The position numbers and the translations under genes were made by a program. From an uncultured Acidimicrobiales bacterium (GTDB lineage: Bacteria > Actinomycetota > Acidimicrobiia > Acidimicrobiales > SZUA-35): a stretch of DNA of 64,000 nucleotides. The notes beneath the pieces were generated by a model, which made no database searches, was not told the origin of the DNA, and saw nothing but the letters and a program-made list of their open reading frames with translations. Positions 30,442 through 40,963 of the stretch are shown here, one piece after another (the first letter of the stretch is position 1; every line of letters starts with the position of its first letter). The stretch is from the NCBI GenBank assembly GCA_937922805.1, contig CALAJV010000001.1, positions 179,734-243,733 on the forward strand, read 5' to 3'.

Positions 30442-31272
30442 CTACGGGCACGGTCCTGACGGCTTCGGCCTCGAGATACGAACCCAATCGACGTACATTT
30501 TCACCGGGTCAGGGCCCATCGTCGGGGTGAAGGCATCAAGCTGAACGGTCAGATAGTGGGGAGCGTCAGGGATGGCGTCAAGGTCGACAATCGAACCGGC
30601 ATATTCTTGGTCTCGATAAATCGCAATTTCTTCTGCTGACCAGTCCATCCGTATCTCATGCCATTCGGTGGCGTCTGCGTGGTGGACCAGACGTTCGTGA
30701 CTGATGTCGGGGTAGTGAATAAACGTGAAGAATGGTTCCCGACCTTCACCGGTCTCGTAAAAGTCATTTTCGCCGTTCTCGGGATACGTGTTGAATGCGG
30801 GCCAAGTCAGTATTACCCCGCTCAGGTGGCCAACCGGATTGGCCTCCGTTCGAACTCTGGCCTCGAACTTCCCGTACTGTTGAATTAGCACCGTTTGCAT
30901 CCCGCCAGAAACAACAAGACCGTCTTTCATTTCTGCGGTAATGACGAGGTTGCCGTCTTCGACCGTTATCGCCTCCGGCCGCCGGAGTCCGTTGCCGTTG
31001 TGGCCGGGGCTGTAGTAGGGCTCCCATAGTGTCTGGTCGACTTCTGTCCCGTTGAAGTCGTCAAAGAAAACAACTTCCCATTCTCGACCCTCAGCACATC
31101 GAGAACCAAAATCGTGCACTGGCTTAGTTCCGATGATCACATCGGCGGTCCGTCGGCCGCCGGGTGTCACATCTTCTGTCGCTCCGAGGTCACCGGAAAA
31201 GAGCAAACTAAATAGGGGTACGACAAGGCAAATGAGAGCGGGAAGCGAGAGACGTAAAGCGCGCTTAGTCAA
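30442..31272 (-). CDS. Glycoside hydrolase family 16, exported
   Basis: Catalytic ExDxxE (ENDFYE), FFDDFNG, YGKFEAR and MYVDWVR motifs; N-terminal signal sequence. Confidence 0.88.
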   Translation of the reverse strand: MTKRALRLSLPALICLVVPLFSLLFSGDLGATEDVTPGGRRTADVIIGTKPVHDFGSRCAEGREWEVVFFDDFNGTEVDQTLWEPYYSPGHNGNGLRRPEAITVEDGNLVITAEMKDGLVVSGGMQTVLIQQYGKFEARVRTEANPVGHLSGVILTWPAFNTYPENGENDFYETGEGREPFFTFIHYPDISHERLVHHADATEWHEIRMDWSAEEIAIYRDQEYAGSIVDLDAIPDAPHYLTVQLDAFTPTMGPDPVKMYVDWVRISRPKPSGPCP

Positions 31273-31481
31273 TTTCTACGCTCCTCTGATCTCGCTCGCG
31301 AGTAACGTCGCTACCCATTGGTGTCCGAATTCGATAATGCCACCAAAAACTTCTTGGCTCACGGCCGATACGACGCACCGCCACGTTGATGATCGAGAAA
31401 CGACTATAACTCAATGATCAAACGTGTTGATACTCATGCCCATCAGCTATGCAAATTTGCCCAACCCGGCCGTTGGGACAG

Positions 31482-33131
31482 CTACACGTAGGTTGAGCCT
31501 TTTACCCCGTCTACATCTTGTCGCATCTCGACGTTGACCAATGCCGGTTTGCCACTGGCAAAGGCCCGCTGAATTGCTGGTCCGATTTCGGCTGGCGTCG
31601 TGACATGTTCTCCGTGGCCCCCGAGCGCCTCCACCACTTTGTCGTAGCGGGTATAGGAGAGTTCGGTAGCGACCAACCGGTCTGAACCGTACAACATTGC
31701 TTGGGGTCGCATCATCTGCCCCCAGGCTGCATCGTTGCCAACTATCCCAACAATAGGCAGCCCGAATCGAACCGCCGTGTCGAATTCAAAGCCGTTCAAG
31801 CCGAACGAACCATCACCGTAGACAATGAGAACTCTTCGATCAGGGTGGGCCAGTTGGGCGGCCAAAGCGAACGGCATTCCAACTCCGAGGGTTCCAAGGG
31901 GACCAGGATCCATCCAAACTCCGTTCGGCGGCACCCGTAAAACTTTTGAGGCCTGGGCCACGATGTCTCCCCCATCGCCGATCACGATCATCGTGTCGTC
32001 GGTAGCAACGTAGTCTGCGATCTCACGACACAACCGAAGAGGATCGATCGGTACCTCATCGCTGTTTAACTGAACTGCTAACGCGGCCGCGGCGGTGTCT
32101 TCCCGCTGTCGAAGTTCGGCCGACCAATCGGAGAAATCGAGGGACGCTCCGGCTAGAGCGGTCAACTCATCTAGGTTTGCTCCCAGGTTGCCGACGAGAC
32201 CAACCGTGCTTGGCCGATTCTGCCCGATCAACGTTTCGTCTAAGTCGAGCTGCACTATTTTGGTGTCTGGGGGAATCGAACGGCCGAACTTCATTCGGAA
32301 ATCAAGTGGGGTTCCGGCTAGAACTACGACATCGGATCCGGCTAGCGCATCTTTTCGGCTCCGGCTAAAAAATTGAGGGTGATCCATAGGAAGTTGTCCC
32401 CGACCCATCCCGTTGGTGTAGCACGGGATCTTGGTCGCTTCGACAAACGCTTTCAAAGATGCGGCTCCCTCAGACCATTTCAACGCGGTTCCAGCCATTA
32501 CCATCGGCCTCTCCGCTCCAGCCAAGATGGCCATCGCTTCCGCTAGCGCCGCGGCAGGCGCTGGCGCCGCTACTCGATAATCACGGAAGGACGGTACGGG
32601 CACGGCGGCGACGTCAACCGGGCTGTGCAAAACGTCCATTGGAATCTCAAGAAAAGCGGGACCGGGAACCCCACTAAGCGCGGTTCGAATTGCCAGTTCA
32701 ACGTACTCGCCAATCCGTTCGGTCTGGTAGCAAGCGTCGGCCCATTTGGTGATTGGCTTCATAACCGACACATGGTCCATTTCTTGAAGCGAACCCCGGC
32801 GGAGATTGTTGAACGGTCCCTGACCTCCGAATACCAGGATCGGCGAGTTGGCCCGCCAGGCGTTAGCCACACCGGTTACACCGTCGGTAACTCCGGGCCC
32901 AGCTGTGAGAATGGCAACGCCGACCTTGCCGGGGTGAAGCCGCGCCCACGCATCAGCGGCGTGAACGGCAGCTTGTTCGTGACGAACGTCAACTACCCGG
33001 ATGCCCTCATCTATACAGCCGTCATAGATACCCATAACGTGACCACCAGACAGGGTGAAGACACACTCGACGCCTGCGGCTTTTAGCGCTTTCGCCGTTA
33101 GTGAACCGCCATGAGTTTGTTTATCCGACAC
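31482..33131 (-). CDS. Thiamine-diphosphate-dependent enzyme (IlvB-like / 2-hydroxyacyl-CoA lyase-like)
   Basis: TLSGGH, RHEQAA, TAGPG, DPGPLGTLGVG and GDGSFG...NDAAWG motifs. Confidence 0.85.
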   Translation of the reverse strand: MSDKQTHGGSLTAKALKAAGVECVFTLSGGHVMGIYDGCIDEGIRVVDVRHEQAAVHAADAWARLHPGKVGVAILTAGPGVTDGVTGVANAWRANSPILVFGGQGPFNNLRRGSLQEMDHVSVMKPITKWADACYQTERIGEYVELAIRTALSGVPGPAFLEIPMDVLHSPVDVAAVPVPSFRDYRVAAPAPAAALAEAMAILAGAERPMVMAGTALKWSEGAASLKAFVEATKIPCYTNGMGRGQLPMDHPQFFSRSRKDALAGSDVVVLAGTPLDFRMKFGRSIPPDTKIVQLDLDETLIGQNRPSTVGLVGNLGANLDELTALAGASLDFSDWSAELRQREDTAAAALAVQLNSDEVPIDPLRLCREIADYVATDDTMIVIGDGGDIVAQASKVLRVPPNGVWMDPGPLGTLGVGMPFALAAQLAHPDRRVLIVYGDGSFGLNGFEFDTAVRFGLPIVGIVGNDAAWGQMMRPQAMLYGSDRLVATELSYTRYDKVVEALGGHGEHVTTPAEIGPAIQRAFASGKPALVNVEMRQDVDGVKGSTYV

Positions 33132-33281
33132 GTTTGATCCTGTTCATAGTTTCGGCGGCTACCGCTTCCAGTAGTTTTACTGGCAGTCGCCACGACTCAC
33201 GTACACAACTTCAGTTAAGCACCTACCAAGCAACCACTGCTAGCTGACCCGTTCGGTTCGGCAACCATCAGTTCCAGAAAC

Positions 33282-33317
33282 CAGAAAGGCCACCCCAATA
33301 ACGAGGTGGCCTTTCTG
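33282..33317 (-). terminator. Intrinsic terminator after the acyl-CoA ligase gene
   Basis: CAGAAAGGCCACC-10nt-GGTGGCCTTTCTG, a perfect 13-bp stem with T-rich flanks. Confidence 0.8.
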
Positions 33318-33345
33318 TTTCAAACGCTCTGGATTAGAGCAGTAA

Positions 33346-35154
33346 TTAGTTGTAAATAGCTTCGATTTGATCGGCGTAGCGAGCATGAATGCCTCGACGC
33401 TTCAACTTCGACGTTGGTGTCAACAAGTCGGTGTCTGGGAGCCACTCTTCTCCCAACACCTTGACCTTCTTAACTCGTTCGGCGTTGTTGAAACCTTCCA
33501 TAGCGGCAGACAAACCGCCCTCGATCTCGGCCGCTACCTCAGGATGTTCAGCCAGCTCCTCTAGCGAACCGTATTCGATGCCTTTCGTTGCTGCCCACTG
33601 AGGCGCAACGTCGGGATCGAGAACAACTAAAGCAGATACAAACGGGCGTTGGTCGCCGATGGCAATAGCCTGGCCGACCAACGGCATCATCTTCAACGCA
33701 GCCTCAAGGTTCGACGGAGACAAGTTCTTGCCGCCCGCAGTAATGATCAACTCTTTCTTACGGTCAACGATTTTCACGTAACCATCGTCGTCTAGCTCAC
33801 CGATGTCGCCCGACCGGAACCAGCCTTCGCCGTCGAGCACTTCAGCGGTTTTAGAATCCTGGTTGAGGTAACCGCGAAAAACGTTGCCGCCTCGGCACAT
33901 TACTTCGCCGTCTTCATCGAGCTTCACTTCAATACCAGGGCAGGCGTGACCAACAAATCCAGGCTTCACTTTGTATGGAGCCCACGTCATCGGCCCCGAT
34001 GTTTCTGAAAGACCATAGATTTCCGAGAGCGGAACACCAATGGTTCGGAACCAGGCCAGCATTTCTGCTGGGATCGGAGCAGCACCGGTTACCGCAGCTA
34101 CTAATTGATCCAAACCGACCAGTTCGCGGATGGTTGAGAACGCTACGGCGTCGAGAAACTCGTAGGTCTCTATCTCTTCTGGGGTTGCGGTACCCCAGGT
34201 CATCTTTTCTCGAATAGGACCGGCCGCCTCGACTGCTTCTCGGACTGCCTTTTCTTTTTCCGGGTCGGCCGACAACGCAGCTTGGACTCCGCCGTAGATC
34301 TTTTCCCAAACCCGGGGCACACCAAACATGATGTGAGGGTGCACTTCTCGGGCGTAGTCGGCGAACAGGGTCGGGTCGGGACAGCATGTAACTTCGTAGC
34401 CGAGGAACAGCGTCTGATAGTGGCTCATCATGCGTTCAGCGACGTGAGCCATCGGTAGGTAGCTGACAATTCGCATACCGGCATACGTTTCGAGGTCGAA
34501 CGCCAACCGTAGGCATTCAACGGTCCAACAAACGTTGGCGTGATCGATCATCACCCCTTTGGAAGGGCCGGTGGTACCAGAGGTATAGATGAGCGTTGCT
34601 AAGTCTTCAGGCTGAGCAATCTTGGATGCCTCAGCGAGGTCGACCGGATCCGAAGCGACCAGGTCGGCATGGACGAAATCAGCTCCGGTATCGGCATCGT
34701 TAATAATGCCGACTTTGGTTAACGTCGAGATATTCTGACGAACTTTGGAGACCGACTCGAAAAAGCCGACGTCTTCAACTACTGCCATCTTCGCTTCGGC
34801 ATCGTTACAGAGATATTCGATTTGCTCTGGCGACGAACTGTTGTAAATCGAAACCGGGGTGGCGCCAACAAACAAGGCGGCAGTGTCGTAGATGTGAAAC
34901 TCGGGTGAATTGCGGAGCATCAGCATAACTCGGTCGCCTCGGCCAAGCCCTTGGGCAGCCAAGCCAGCAGCAGTTCGAGCAACCTTGTCGGCGAACTCGG
35001 TGTAAGTCATTTCGTGCCAGGCATCGGTGCTGTCTTTCCACCGCAGGGCGACTAGGTCGCCATGCGCAGCTACCGTTTTAAGGAACTCTGTCGGAATGGT
35101 TTGACCCACTACCGTATTGTTAATTTTTTCTCGCTCAGCAACTGCGTCGGTCAC
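33346..35154 (-). CDS. Long-chain fatty acid-CoA ligase (FadD15/FadD11 type)
   Basis: YTSGTTGPSKG, YLPMAHVAER, YGLSETSG and DRKKELIITAGGKN motifs; GAGGAG RBS before GTG 35154. Confidence 0.92.
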   Translation of the reverse strand: MTDAVAEREKINNTVVGQTIPTEFLKTVAAHGDLVALRWKDSTDAWHEMTYTEFADKVARTAAGLAAQGLGRGDRVMLMLRNSPEFHIYDTAALFVGATPVSIYNSSSPEQIEYLCNDAEAKMAVVEDVGFFESVSKVRQNISTLTKVGIINDADTGADFVHADLVASDPVDLAEASKIAQPEDLATLIYTSGTTGPSKGVMIDHANVCWTVECLRLAFDLETYAGMRIVSYLPMAHVAERMMSHYQTLFLGYEVTCCPDPTLFADYAREVHPHIMFGVPRVWEKIYGGVQAALSADPEKEKAVREAVEAAGPIREKMTWGTATPEEIETYEFLDAVAFSTIRELVGLDQLVAAVTGAAPIPAEMLAWFRTIGVPLSEIYGLSETSGPMTWAPYKVKPGFVGHACPGIEVKLDEDGEVMCRGGNVFRGYLNQDSKTAEVLDGEGWFRSGDIGELDDDGYVKIVDRKKELIITAGGKNLSPSNLEAALKMMPLVGQAIAIGDQRPFVSALVVLDPDVAPQWAATKGIEYGSLEELAEHPEVAAEIEGGLSAAMEGFNNAERVKKVKVLGEEWLPDTDLLTPTSKLKRRGIHARYADQIEAIYN

Positions 35155-35412
35155 GTTTTCAGTCTCCTCGATGTCCCATTTTTCTGGCGATATGCGTATC
35201 ACAACGCTATCTGGTTATTGTTGAACCACGAAGCAGGATGCGCTTTACTCGGATTTTTCAAGAACCGACCTAGTTTTCGGCCGGATCAGGAATCAGCTTA
35301 AATACTCATCGCTTCTTCTAACTGCGATCCGATCGCCCTGTCCCATATCTGTCTTTCATTAACTTCTCCCAGTAGAAGTTAGTCGAATCTTCTCACCAGT
35401 AAGTAGGCCACC

Positions 35413-36606
35413 ATGGAAAAAGCCGTAATAGTAGACGCCGTCCGAACCCCAATGGGCAAAAGAAACGGCCGACTTTCAGGCTGGCATCCAGCCGAGCTAG
35501 CGGCCGAGACGCTCAAGGCCCTAGCTGAACGCAACAACCTCGATCCAGCCTTGGTTGACGACGTAATTATGGGTTGTGTGATGCAAGTCGGAGCTCAAAG
35601 TATCAATATTGGACGCAACGCGGTGCTTACCGCAGGTTGGCCTGAATCAGTTCCGTCCACCACGATCGACCGCCAATGTGGCTCGTCGCAACAGTCCGCC
35701 CACTTTGCTGCTCAGGGAGTAATGGCTGGAGCCTACGACGTAGTTGTCGCTGCCGGGGTTGAAGTCATGAGCCTCGTGCCTATGGGGGCTTCTCTGGCGG
35801 TGCGAGATGTTGGGCAGCCGTTTTCAGACCCAATGCAGGATCGATATTCCGACGTAGGCGGCCTCCAACCTCAAGGCATCGGGGCCGAAATGATCGCCGA
35901 CCAATGGAATATCTCTCGTAGCGACCTCGACGATTACGCGTTGCAGAGCCAGCAACGGGCCGCTCGCGCCCGAGACGAAGGTCGTTTCGAGAACGAGATC
36001 ATCCCGGTGGCCGAAAAAGTTCTTGATCGGGAGGCCGGCAAGGTCGTTGTAACCGGCGAAATGGTGACAACTGACGGCGGCATCAGAGAATCAACGGCTG
36101 AAAAACTCGCCACCCTGTCCCCTGCCTTCAAGCCCGACGGCAAGGTCACCGCAGGCAACAGTTCACAGATCACTGATGGCGCCAGCGCCGTGTTGATCAT
36201 GAGCGAGTCCAAAGCGAAAGAGCTTGGCCTAAAGCCACGAGCCCGTTTCCACTCGTTCGCCTTGGCTGGCGTCGATCCGGTAACGATGTTGACCGGGCCA
36301 ATCCCAGCGACGGGGAAGGTGCTGAGCAAAGCCGACTTGACCGTGGCCGACATCGACGTCTTCGAAGTCAACGAGGCGTTTGCCTCTGTGGTATTAGCTT
36401 GGGAAAAAGAGCACAGTCCAGACATGGAAAAGGTCAATCCCAACGGCGGAGCGATCGCCCTCGGACACCCGCTCGGCTGTTCCGGAGCTCGTTTGATGAC
36501 CACTATGGTTAACGAATTGGACCGAACCGGCGGCCGCTACGGCCTACAAACGATGTGCGAGGGTGGCGGCTTAGCTAACGCCACCATCATTGAGCGAATC
36601 GAGTAG
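35413..36606 (+). CDS. Thiolase (acetyl-CoA C-acyltransferase)
   Basis: RQCGSSQQ, NEAFA, GGAIALGHPLG and TMCEGGG motifs. Confidence 0.95.
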   Translation: MEKAVIVDAVRTPMGKRNGRLSGWHPAELAAETLKALAERNNLDPALVDDVIMGCVMQVGAQSINIGRNAVLTAGWPESVPSTTIDRQCGSSQQSAHFAAQGVMAGAYDVVVAAGVEVMSLVPMGASLAVRDVGQPFSDPMQDRYSDVGGLQPQGIGAEMIADQWNISRSDLDDYALQSQQRAARARDEGRFENEIIPVAEKVLDREAGKVVVTGEMVTTDGGIRESTAEKLATLSPAFKPDGKVTAGNSSQITDGASAVLIMSESKAKELGLKPRARFHSFALAGVDPVTMLTGPIPATGKVLSKADLTVADIDVFEVNEAFASVVLAWEKEHSPDMEKVNPNGGAIALGHPLGCSGARLMTTMVNELDRTGGRYGLQTMCEGGGLANATIIERIE

Positions 36607-36718
36607 TTGTTCGTAGCGATACCTAGCTTCCAGCGCCGTGCCAGCTTTGGGGTATTTCCCACGTCACCCAATTGATGGTTCGGCGCTGCTTTGGTTCGCT
36701 GCTGCCGAGGTTTTGATG

Positions 36719-38878
36719 CTACTGCGGCAGGGTCGCATCGCTCGGGACAAGATTGCTAGAGAGAAGACTATCGAAAGCGACTGGTCGGGCGATATAGAAA
36801 CCCTGAGCCATTGGGCAACCAAGTTTTTCTAGTTCATCCAACGTCTGTTCATCTTCAATCCCTTCTGCCACCACATTCATTCCCAGCTCGGCTGCCAGCC
36901 GAAGCGTGGACTCGACAATTGCTCGGTCGCGCTCAGAAACGCAAATACGGGAGACCAAGGCTCGATCCATCTTGATTTCTGTGACCGGCAGTCTCCCAAG
37001 GTATGCCAACGATGAGAAGCCAGTGCCAAAGTCGTCGACGCTTAACCTAAAACCGGCCGAGTCAAGCTCGATCAACGTCTGTTCAACGACAGGGTCTTCT
37101 TCCACTAAGGCTTGTTCGGTCAACTCAAGGACCAAATGTCGAGATGAAAATCCGGCAAACTCGACCTCAGCTATCACTCGGGAGGCAAAGTCGGGCTCCC
37201 GAAAGTTTCTGCCATCGATATTGACCGCCACTGTCCAATCTAACCCAGCTTGGTGAATGGAGCTCAGATCAGCGAGAGCAGCTCTTAAGACGGACTGAGT
37301 AAGCGTTTTGATATGGCCGCCTAACGCTACCAAGTCAAGGAAGTCGGCAGGCATGACTATTCCCTCATCCGGATGACGCCATCGAACTAACGCTTCAGTT
37401 CCGATAACAGCTCTCGTAGCCACATCTATCTTCGGCTGGTGGTAGACGATAATCTCACCGGAGGAGAAAGCGAATGGAAGACGTTTGGCCAAATTGAGTC
37501 GACGTTGGTTTGTGCTTTCCAACGTTGCGTCGTAAGCAACGAAACGCTGCGAGTTCTGTTTGGCACTAGCCAGCGCGACGTCCGCTCGGCGCCTTACTTC
37601 ATCAGCCTGGCATCGGCCATCGAAATCAGCGAGCCCCACACTGGTACCGACCGAAACGATAAGTCCATCGATCGACAGCGCTTCCTCAGTGCACGCAACA
37701 ATGCGGCTGGCAACGGTTTGAGGCTCGGTATCGATCAGTGCTGCGAACTCATCGCCACCCAACCGGGCAAGATGAACAACTCCCTCGACAGCGGCAAAAC
37801 GCCCAGCGACAATCTGTAGAACTCGATCTCCAACCGCGTGGCCGACAGAATCGTTCACTCGCTTGAAGCCGTCTAGGTCGATAAGAGCTAGGTGTCCACG
37901 GCCATTGCTAGCCCAGAGGTTTGACTCTTCAACGTGGGCTGGCCGATTAGGTTGTTCGGTAAGTTGATCAGTCCGAGCCAACCGCTCGGTAAAAGCTGCC
38001 GATTTCCGGGAAGCAGTAATATCCACTATCCCACTCCGTATTACGGCTCCTGCTGTAACACCAGCTTGGACCGTTTCACGTAGCCATACCCAACCGGCGT
38101 CACCGTCGCTCACCCGATACTCGAGTACTGACCCGGGTTGAATATCGGTGGAGCGCTGATCTTCTGGGTGAAGGCGGTCGAGTAACTGAACCCCAGAATC
38201 AATGCCAGCAACTTTGGTTCCAAGCACAGCAAGAATCAGACCGTTGTTGTCAATATCCCACGCTGTTGCTCCGGCCGCTGCTAGAGACGCGTTAACATTC
38301 CGCTCTTGCCATACTACGTGGGACGTCACCGTCGAGACTGCGGTGCCAACAAGGATCGGCAACATCACCACAAAGATCCGGACATCGATCAAGTCATCGG
38401 AGGCGAACTCAATCCCGTTGAGTCCGACCAAAGCGGCGCAGGCCAAATGGAACGCTGTTGCTCGCCGGTGAGCTGCCGCCGCCACGAGCGCGAGGTTCAT
38501 CATTACCAAGCTGGCGACAGGAAGCCAGAGTATTGGAAGCACATACGTGGTCAGCGTTACTGTGCCCGATATGAAGCATTGGACCAGAGCTGGCTTTGGC
38601 ACCTCATCACGAAGCAGATACTTGAACCAAATGATCTGCAATATGATCACACCGACACCCCACGAAAGAGCTAGGTGAAGTGCTCGCCCTTCACGGGATG
38701 CCAGAAAGAACAAAAGCGGCGCAACGAAAGGTAGTGGAAGCAGCTGCGATACAAAGGTGGCCAATGGGTCGCCGGCCTTCATCGCACCAACGAACCCACC
38801 TAGGTTGCTCCACTGCTCCTTCGATTGCTTCAGCGCCGCTACTCGCTCCATACAGAGATATCGACGCTGGGATCGCAA
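36719..38878 (-). CDS. Membrane GGDEF-EAL diguanylate cyclase/phosphodiesterase
   Basis: ~5 N-terminal TM helices, PAS-like segment, intact GGDEF, EALVRW and DDFGTGFSS; start may be ATG 38851. Confidence 0.9.
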   Translation of the reverse strand: MRSQRRYLCMERVAALKQSKEQWSNLGGFVGAMKAGDPLATFVSQLLPLPFVAPLLFFLASREGRALHLALSWGVGVIILQIIWFKYLLRDEVPKPALVQCFISGTVTLTTYVLPILWLPVASLVMMNLALVAAAAHRRATAFHLACAALVGLNGIEFASDDLIDVRIFVVMLPILVGTAVSTVTSHVVWQERNVNASLAAAGATAWDIDNNGLILAVLGTKVAGIDSGVQLLDRLHPEDQRSTDIQPGSVLEYRVSDGDAGWVWLRETVQAGVTAGAVIRSGIVDITASRKSAAFTERLARTDQLTEQPNRPAHVEESNLWASNGRGHLALIDLDGFKRVNDSVGHAVGDRVLQIVAGRFAAVEGVVHLARLGGDEFAALIDTEPQTVASRIVACTEEALSIDGLIVSVGTSVGLADFDGRCQADEVRRRADVALASAKQNSQRFVAYDATLESTNQRRLNLAKRLPFAFSSGEIIVYHQPKIDVATRAVIGTEALVRWRHPDEGIVMPADFLDLVALGGHIKTLTQSVLRAALADLSSIHQAGLDWTVAVNIDGRNFREPDFASRVIAEVEFAGFSSRHLVLELTEQALVEEDPVVEQTLIELDSAGFRLSVDDFGTGFSSLAYLGRLPVTEIKMDRALVSRICVSERDRAIVESTLRLAAELGMNVVAEGIEDEQTLDELEKLGCPMAQGFYIARPVAFDSLLSSNLVPSDATLPQ

Positions 38879-39068
38879 GACCTGAGCAGTTCGTACCTTG
38901 CCTTGCTCAACCAGTCAGGAAGGCCAATCTTTAGGCGTGTGTACCATCTGTAGTAGCCAAATGGTCTACGTCAACGTTGCGGTAGGACGAACCACCCAGC
39001 CGCGGATCCTTCTGACGCCCGTATCGGTAAGATGGACCTGTTTGGGCGGCTAAAACCGCTAATGAAGC

Positions 39069-40142
39069 TTGGCGTTAACAACGCCTGAAAGGGCGCACAC
39101 AATGGATCACAGCGGCTTATCCCCTGAGGGGCAGAAATCGAGCGATGACTTAACCGTTTCGGTTGTTATTCGCGCCTTTACCGAAGAGCGATTGCTCGAC
39201 ACTAGAGCCGCTATTGACTCGGTTCTCAACCAGACGCACATGCCGATTGAGATCTTGGTCATTATCGATTTCAATGAAGATCTTTTGGCCACGCTAACCG
39301 CCGACTACGCGTCGGAGAAACTGGTTCGCGTAATGCCAAACACGCGGCTACAAGGAATCGGTGGCGGTAGCAACACTGCGCTGATTGAAGCCACTGGTGA
39401 CATTATCTCCTACCTTGACGACGATGCGATCGCTGAGCCTGATTGGGTCAGTTCTTTGCTTGCCCCGATGGCAGACGAGTCAGTTGTTGCTGTTGGTGGG
39501 TTGGTGACGCCACGATGGGACGGTGGAGAAGCTCCAACTTGGTTCCCAGAAGAGTTTCATTGGGTAGTTGGTTGCTCGAACCCTCGACCGGATGATGGCA
39601 TCATGGATATCCGGAACGTCTGGGGTGGCAACAATGCCTTCCGTCGCCAAGCCGTGATCGACAATGGTGGATTTGCCGAGAAGGGGCTGGGCCGAGTCGG
39701 CTCAAATTCGCTAGGCGGCGAAGACACCGAGTTGTGCATTCGTCTTCGACAAGCTGATCCAACTTGGCGGATTGTCTATCAGCCTCTCGCCATTACCCGC
39801 CACCGGGTGCCAGGGCCAAGGACAACAGTCAAGTACTTCAACAAACGATGCCGGATGGAGGGTGTTTCAAAAGCACTCTTATCTCAGCAAATCGGAGCCC
39901 AAGCTGGACTGAACGAGGAAGCCTCCTACGCTGCGGTTGATCTACCTAAAGCTGTTGGTCGAATGATGTTTAGCGGCATTCGAAATCAACGAGTTGGGGA
40001 TCTACAAAAGGCAGGGGCCATCGTAATGGGGCTCGGCTCTGCTGTAGCTGGCATGGTTTACGGACGGGCCAGTATTGCCGCCGGCCGAACCGAACCGCTA
40101 GAGCCAATCGAACGCCCGTTGGCTGCTGCTGCCGCCAGCTAA
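39069..40142 (+). CDS. Glycosyltransferase family 2
   Basis: SVVIRA, YLDDDA, WFPEEFHWVVGC and GEDTELC motifs; probable start ATG 39102. Confidence 0.9.
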   Translation: MALTTPERAHTMDHSGLSPEGQKSSDDLTVSVVIRAFTEERLLDTRAAIDSVLNQTHMPIEILVIIDFNEDLLATLTADYASEKLVRVMPNTRLQGIGGGSNTALIEATGDIISYLDDDAIAEPDWVSSLLAPMADESVVAVGGLVTPRWDGGEAPTWFPEEFHWVVGCSNPRPDDGIMDIRNVWGGNNAFRRQAVIDNGGFAEKGLGRVGSNSLGGEDTELCIRLRQADPTWRIVYQPLAITRHRVPGPRTTVKYFNKRCRMEGVSKALLSQQIGAQAGLNEEASYAAVDLPKAVGRMMFSGIRNQRVGDLQKAGAIVMGLGSAVAGMVYGRASIAAGRTEPLEPIERPLAAAAAS

Positions 40143-40176
40143 GAAGTAGTCCCATATCGAAGCTACACTTCATGGT

Positions 40177-40605
40177 GTGACAGACTTCGAGCCAGCAACC
40201 GACGCTCCTGAGCTTGTCGATTCTGATGATCGTCCGATTGCATCCACGGCGCAGTCGCGCGATGAGAAGATCCAAAAACGACGGAAACGTCTACTTGGTG
40301 TCGTCGTTGTTGCTATCACACTGGCAATTTTGGCGACCGGCATGGCGAGCTGGTGGCGAGTGTTGACGGCCGGGCTAATGATGTACGTCATCTTTCGAGT
40401 TGGATTTGCCGTAATCGGTGCCTTCGCCCGACCGGTTCCAGAGGCGCCGCCGCCCGGTGAGCTTCGTCGGGTGCGATTCACCTACCGTTGTACCGAGTGC
40501 GGGGCCGAGCTCAGGATGACACTTGCTAACGACGAGGCTCCAACCCCACCTCGTCACTGTTCGGGCGAAATGGAATTGACCGGCACGAGAGACGACGCTC
40601 TTTAG
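40177..40605 (+). CDS. Two-TM membrane protein with a C-terminal zinc-ribbon-like motif
   Basis: Two hydrophobic helices followed by YRCTECG...PRHC. Confidence 0.7.
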   Translation: MTDFEPATDAPELVDSDDRPIASTAQSRDEKIQKRRKRLLGVVVVAITLAILATGMASWWRVLTAGLMMYVIFRVGFAVIGAFARPVPEAPPPGELRRVRFTYRCTECGAELRMTLANDEAPTPPRHCSGEMELTGTRDDAL

Positions 40606-40752
40606 CATCTGAGCAGAATCGCTACCGGCCTGAACGCTCGTCCCCGGACGTTAGTTTCCACTGGGAACCGCCTGCCTCAGCATAAGATCTAGTGCTGTGT
40701 TCGCTCTAGCTCCTGTGTGAGATTTCTCGTCTTTCCGAGCTGATCTGGGAGG

Positions 40753-40885
40753 TTTTCCACAGCTTGTTGATTCAACAAGCAGAGCGGATCGACAACCTTT
40801 GCGAGCCAGATAGCCCTGTGTCGTTGTCCGTATCCGGCACGAAAACGAGGGAAATTAACCACAACCTGTGGAGAACCGTGCACAA
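40753..40885. promoter_or_regulatory. Cluster of DnaA-box-like 9-mers plus a palindrome, between convergent genes
   Basis: TTTTCCACA (40753), TTAACCACA (40855), TGTGGAGAA (40867, reverse TTCTCCACA), CCGTGCACA (40876); GCTTGTTGA-T-TCAACAAGC palindrome at 40762-40780. Confidence 0.55.
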
Positions 40886-40963
40886 GGATCCTGGCGTAGG
40901 AAGCTACACGTAGTTGCGCGCAGTAAGAACCGTTCGTATCAAGCCTGTTGTTGGGTACCGGAA

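Noticed and set aside
40689..40963. This gap as oriC itself
   Set aside because: dnaA and dnaN are not adjacent, there are only 3-4 degenerate boxes, and there is no clear AT-rich unwinding element. It is kept only as a possible accessory DnaA-box cluster.
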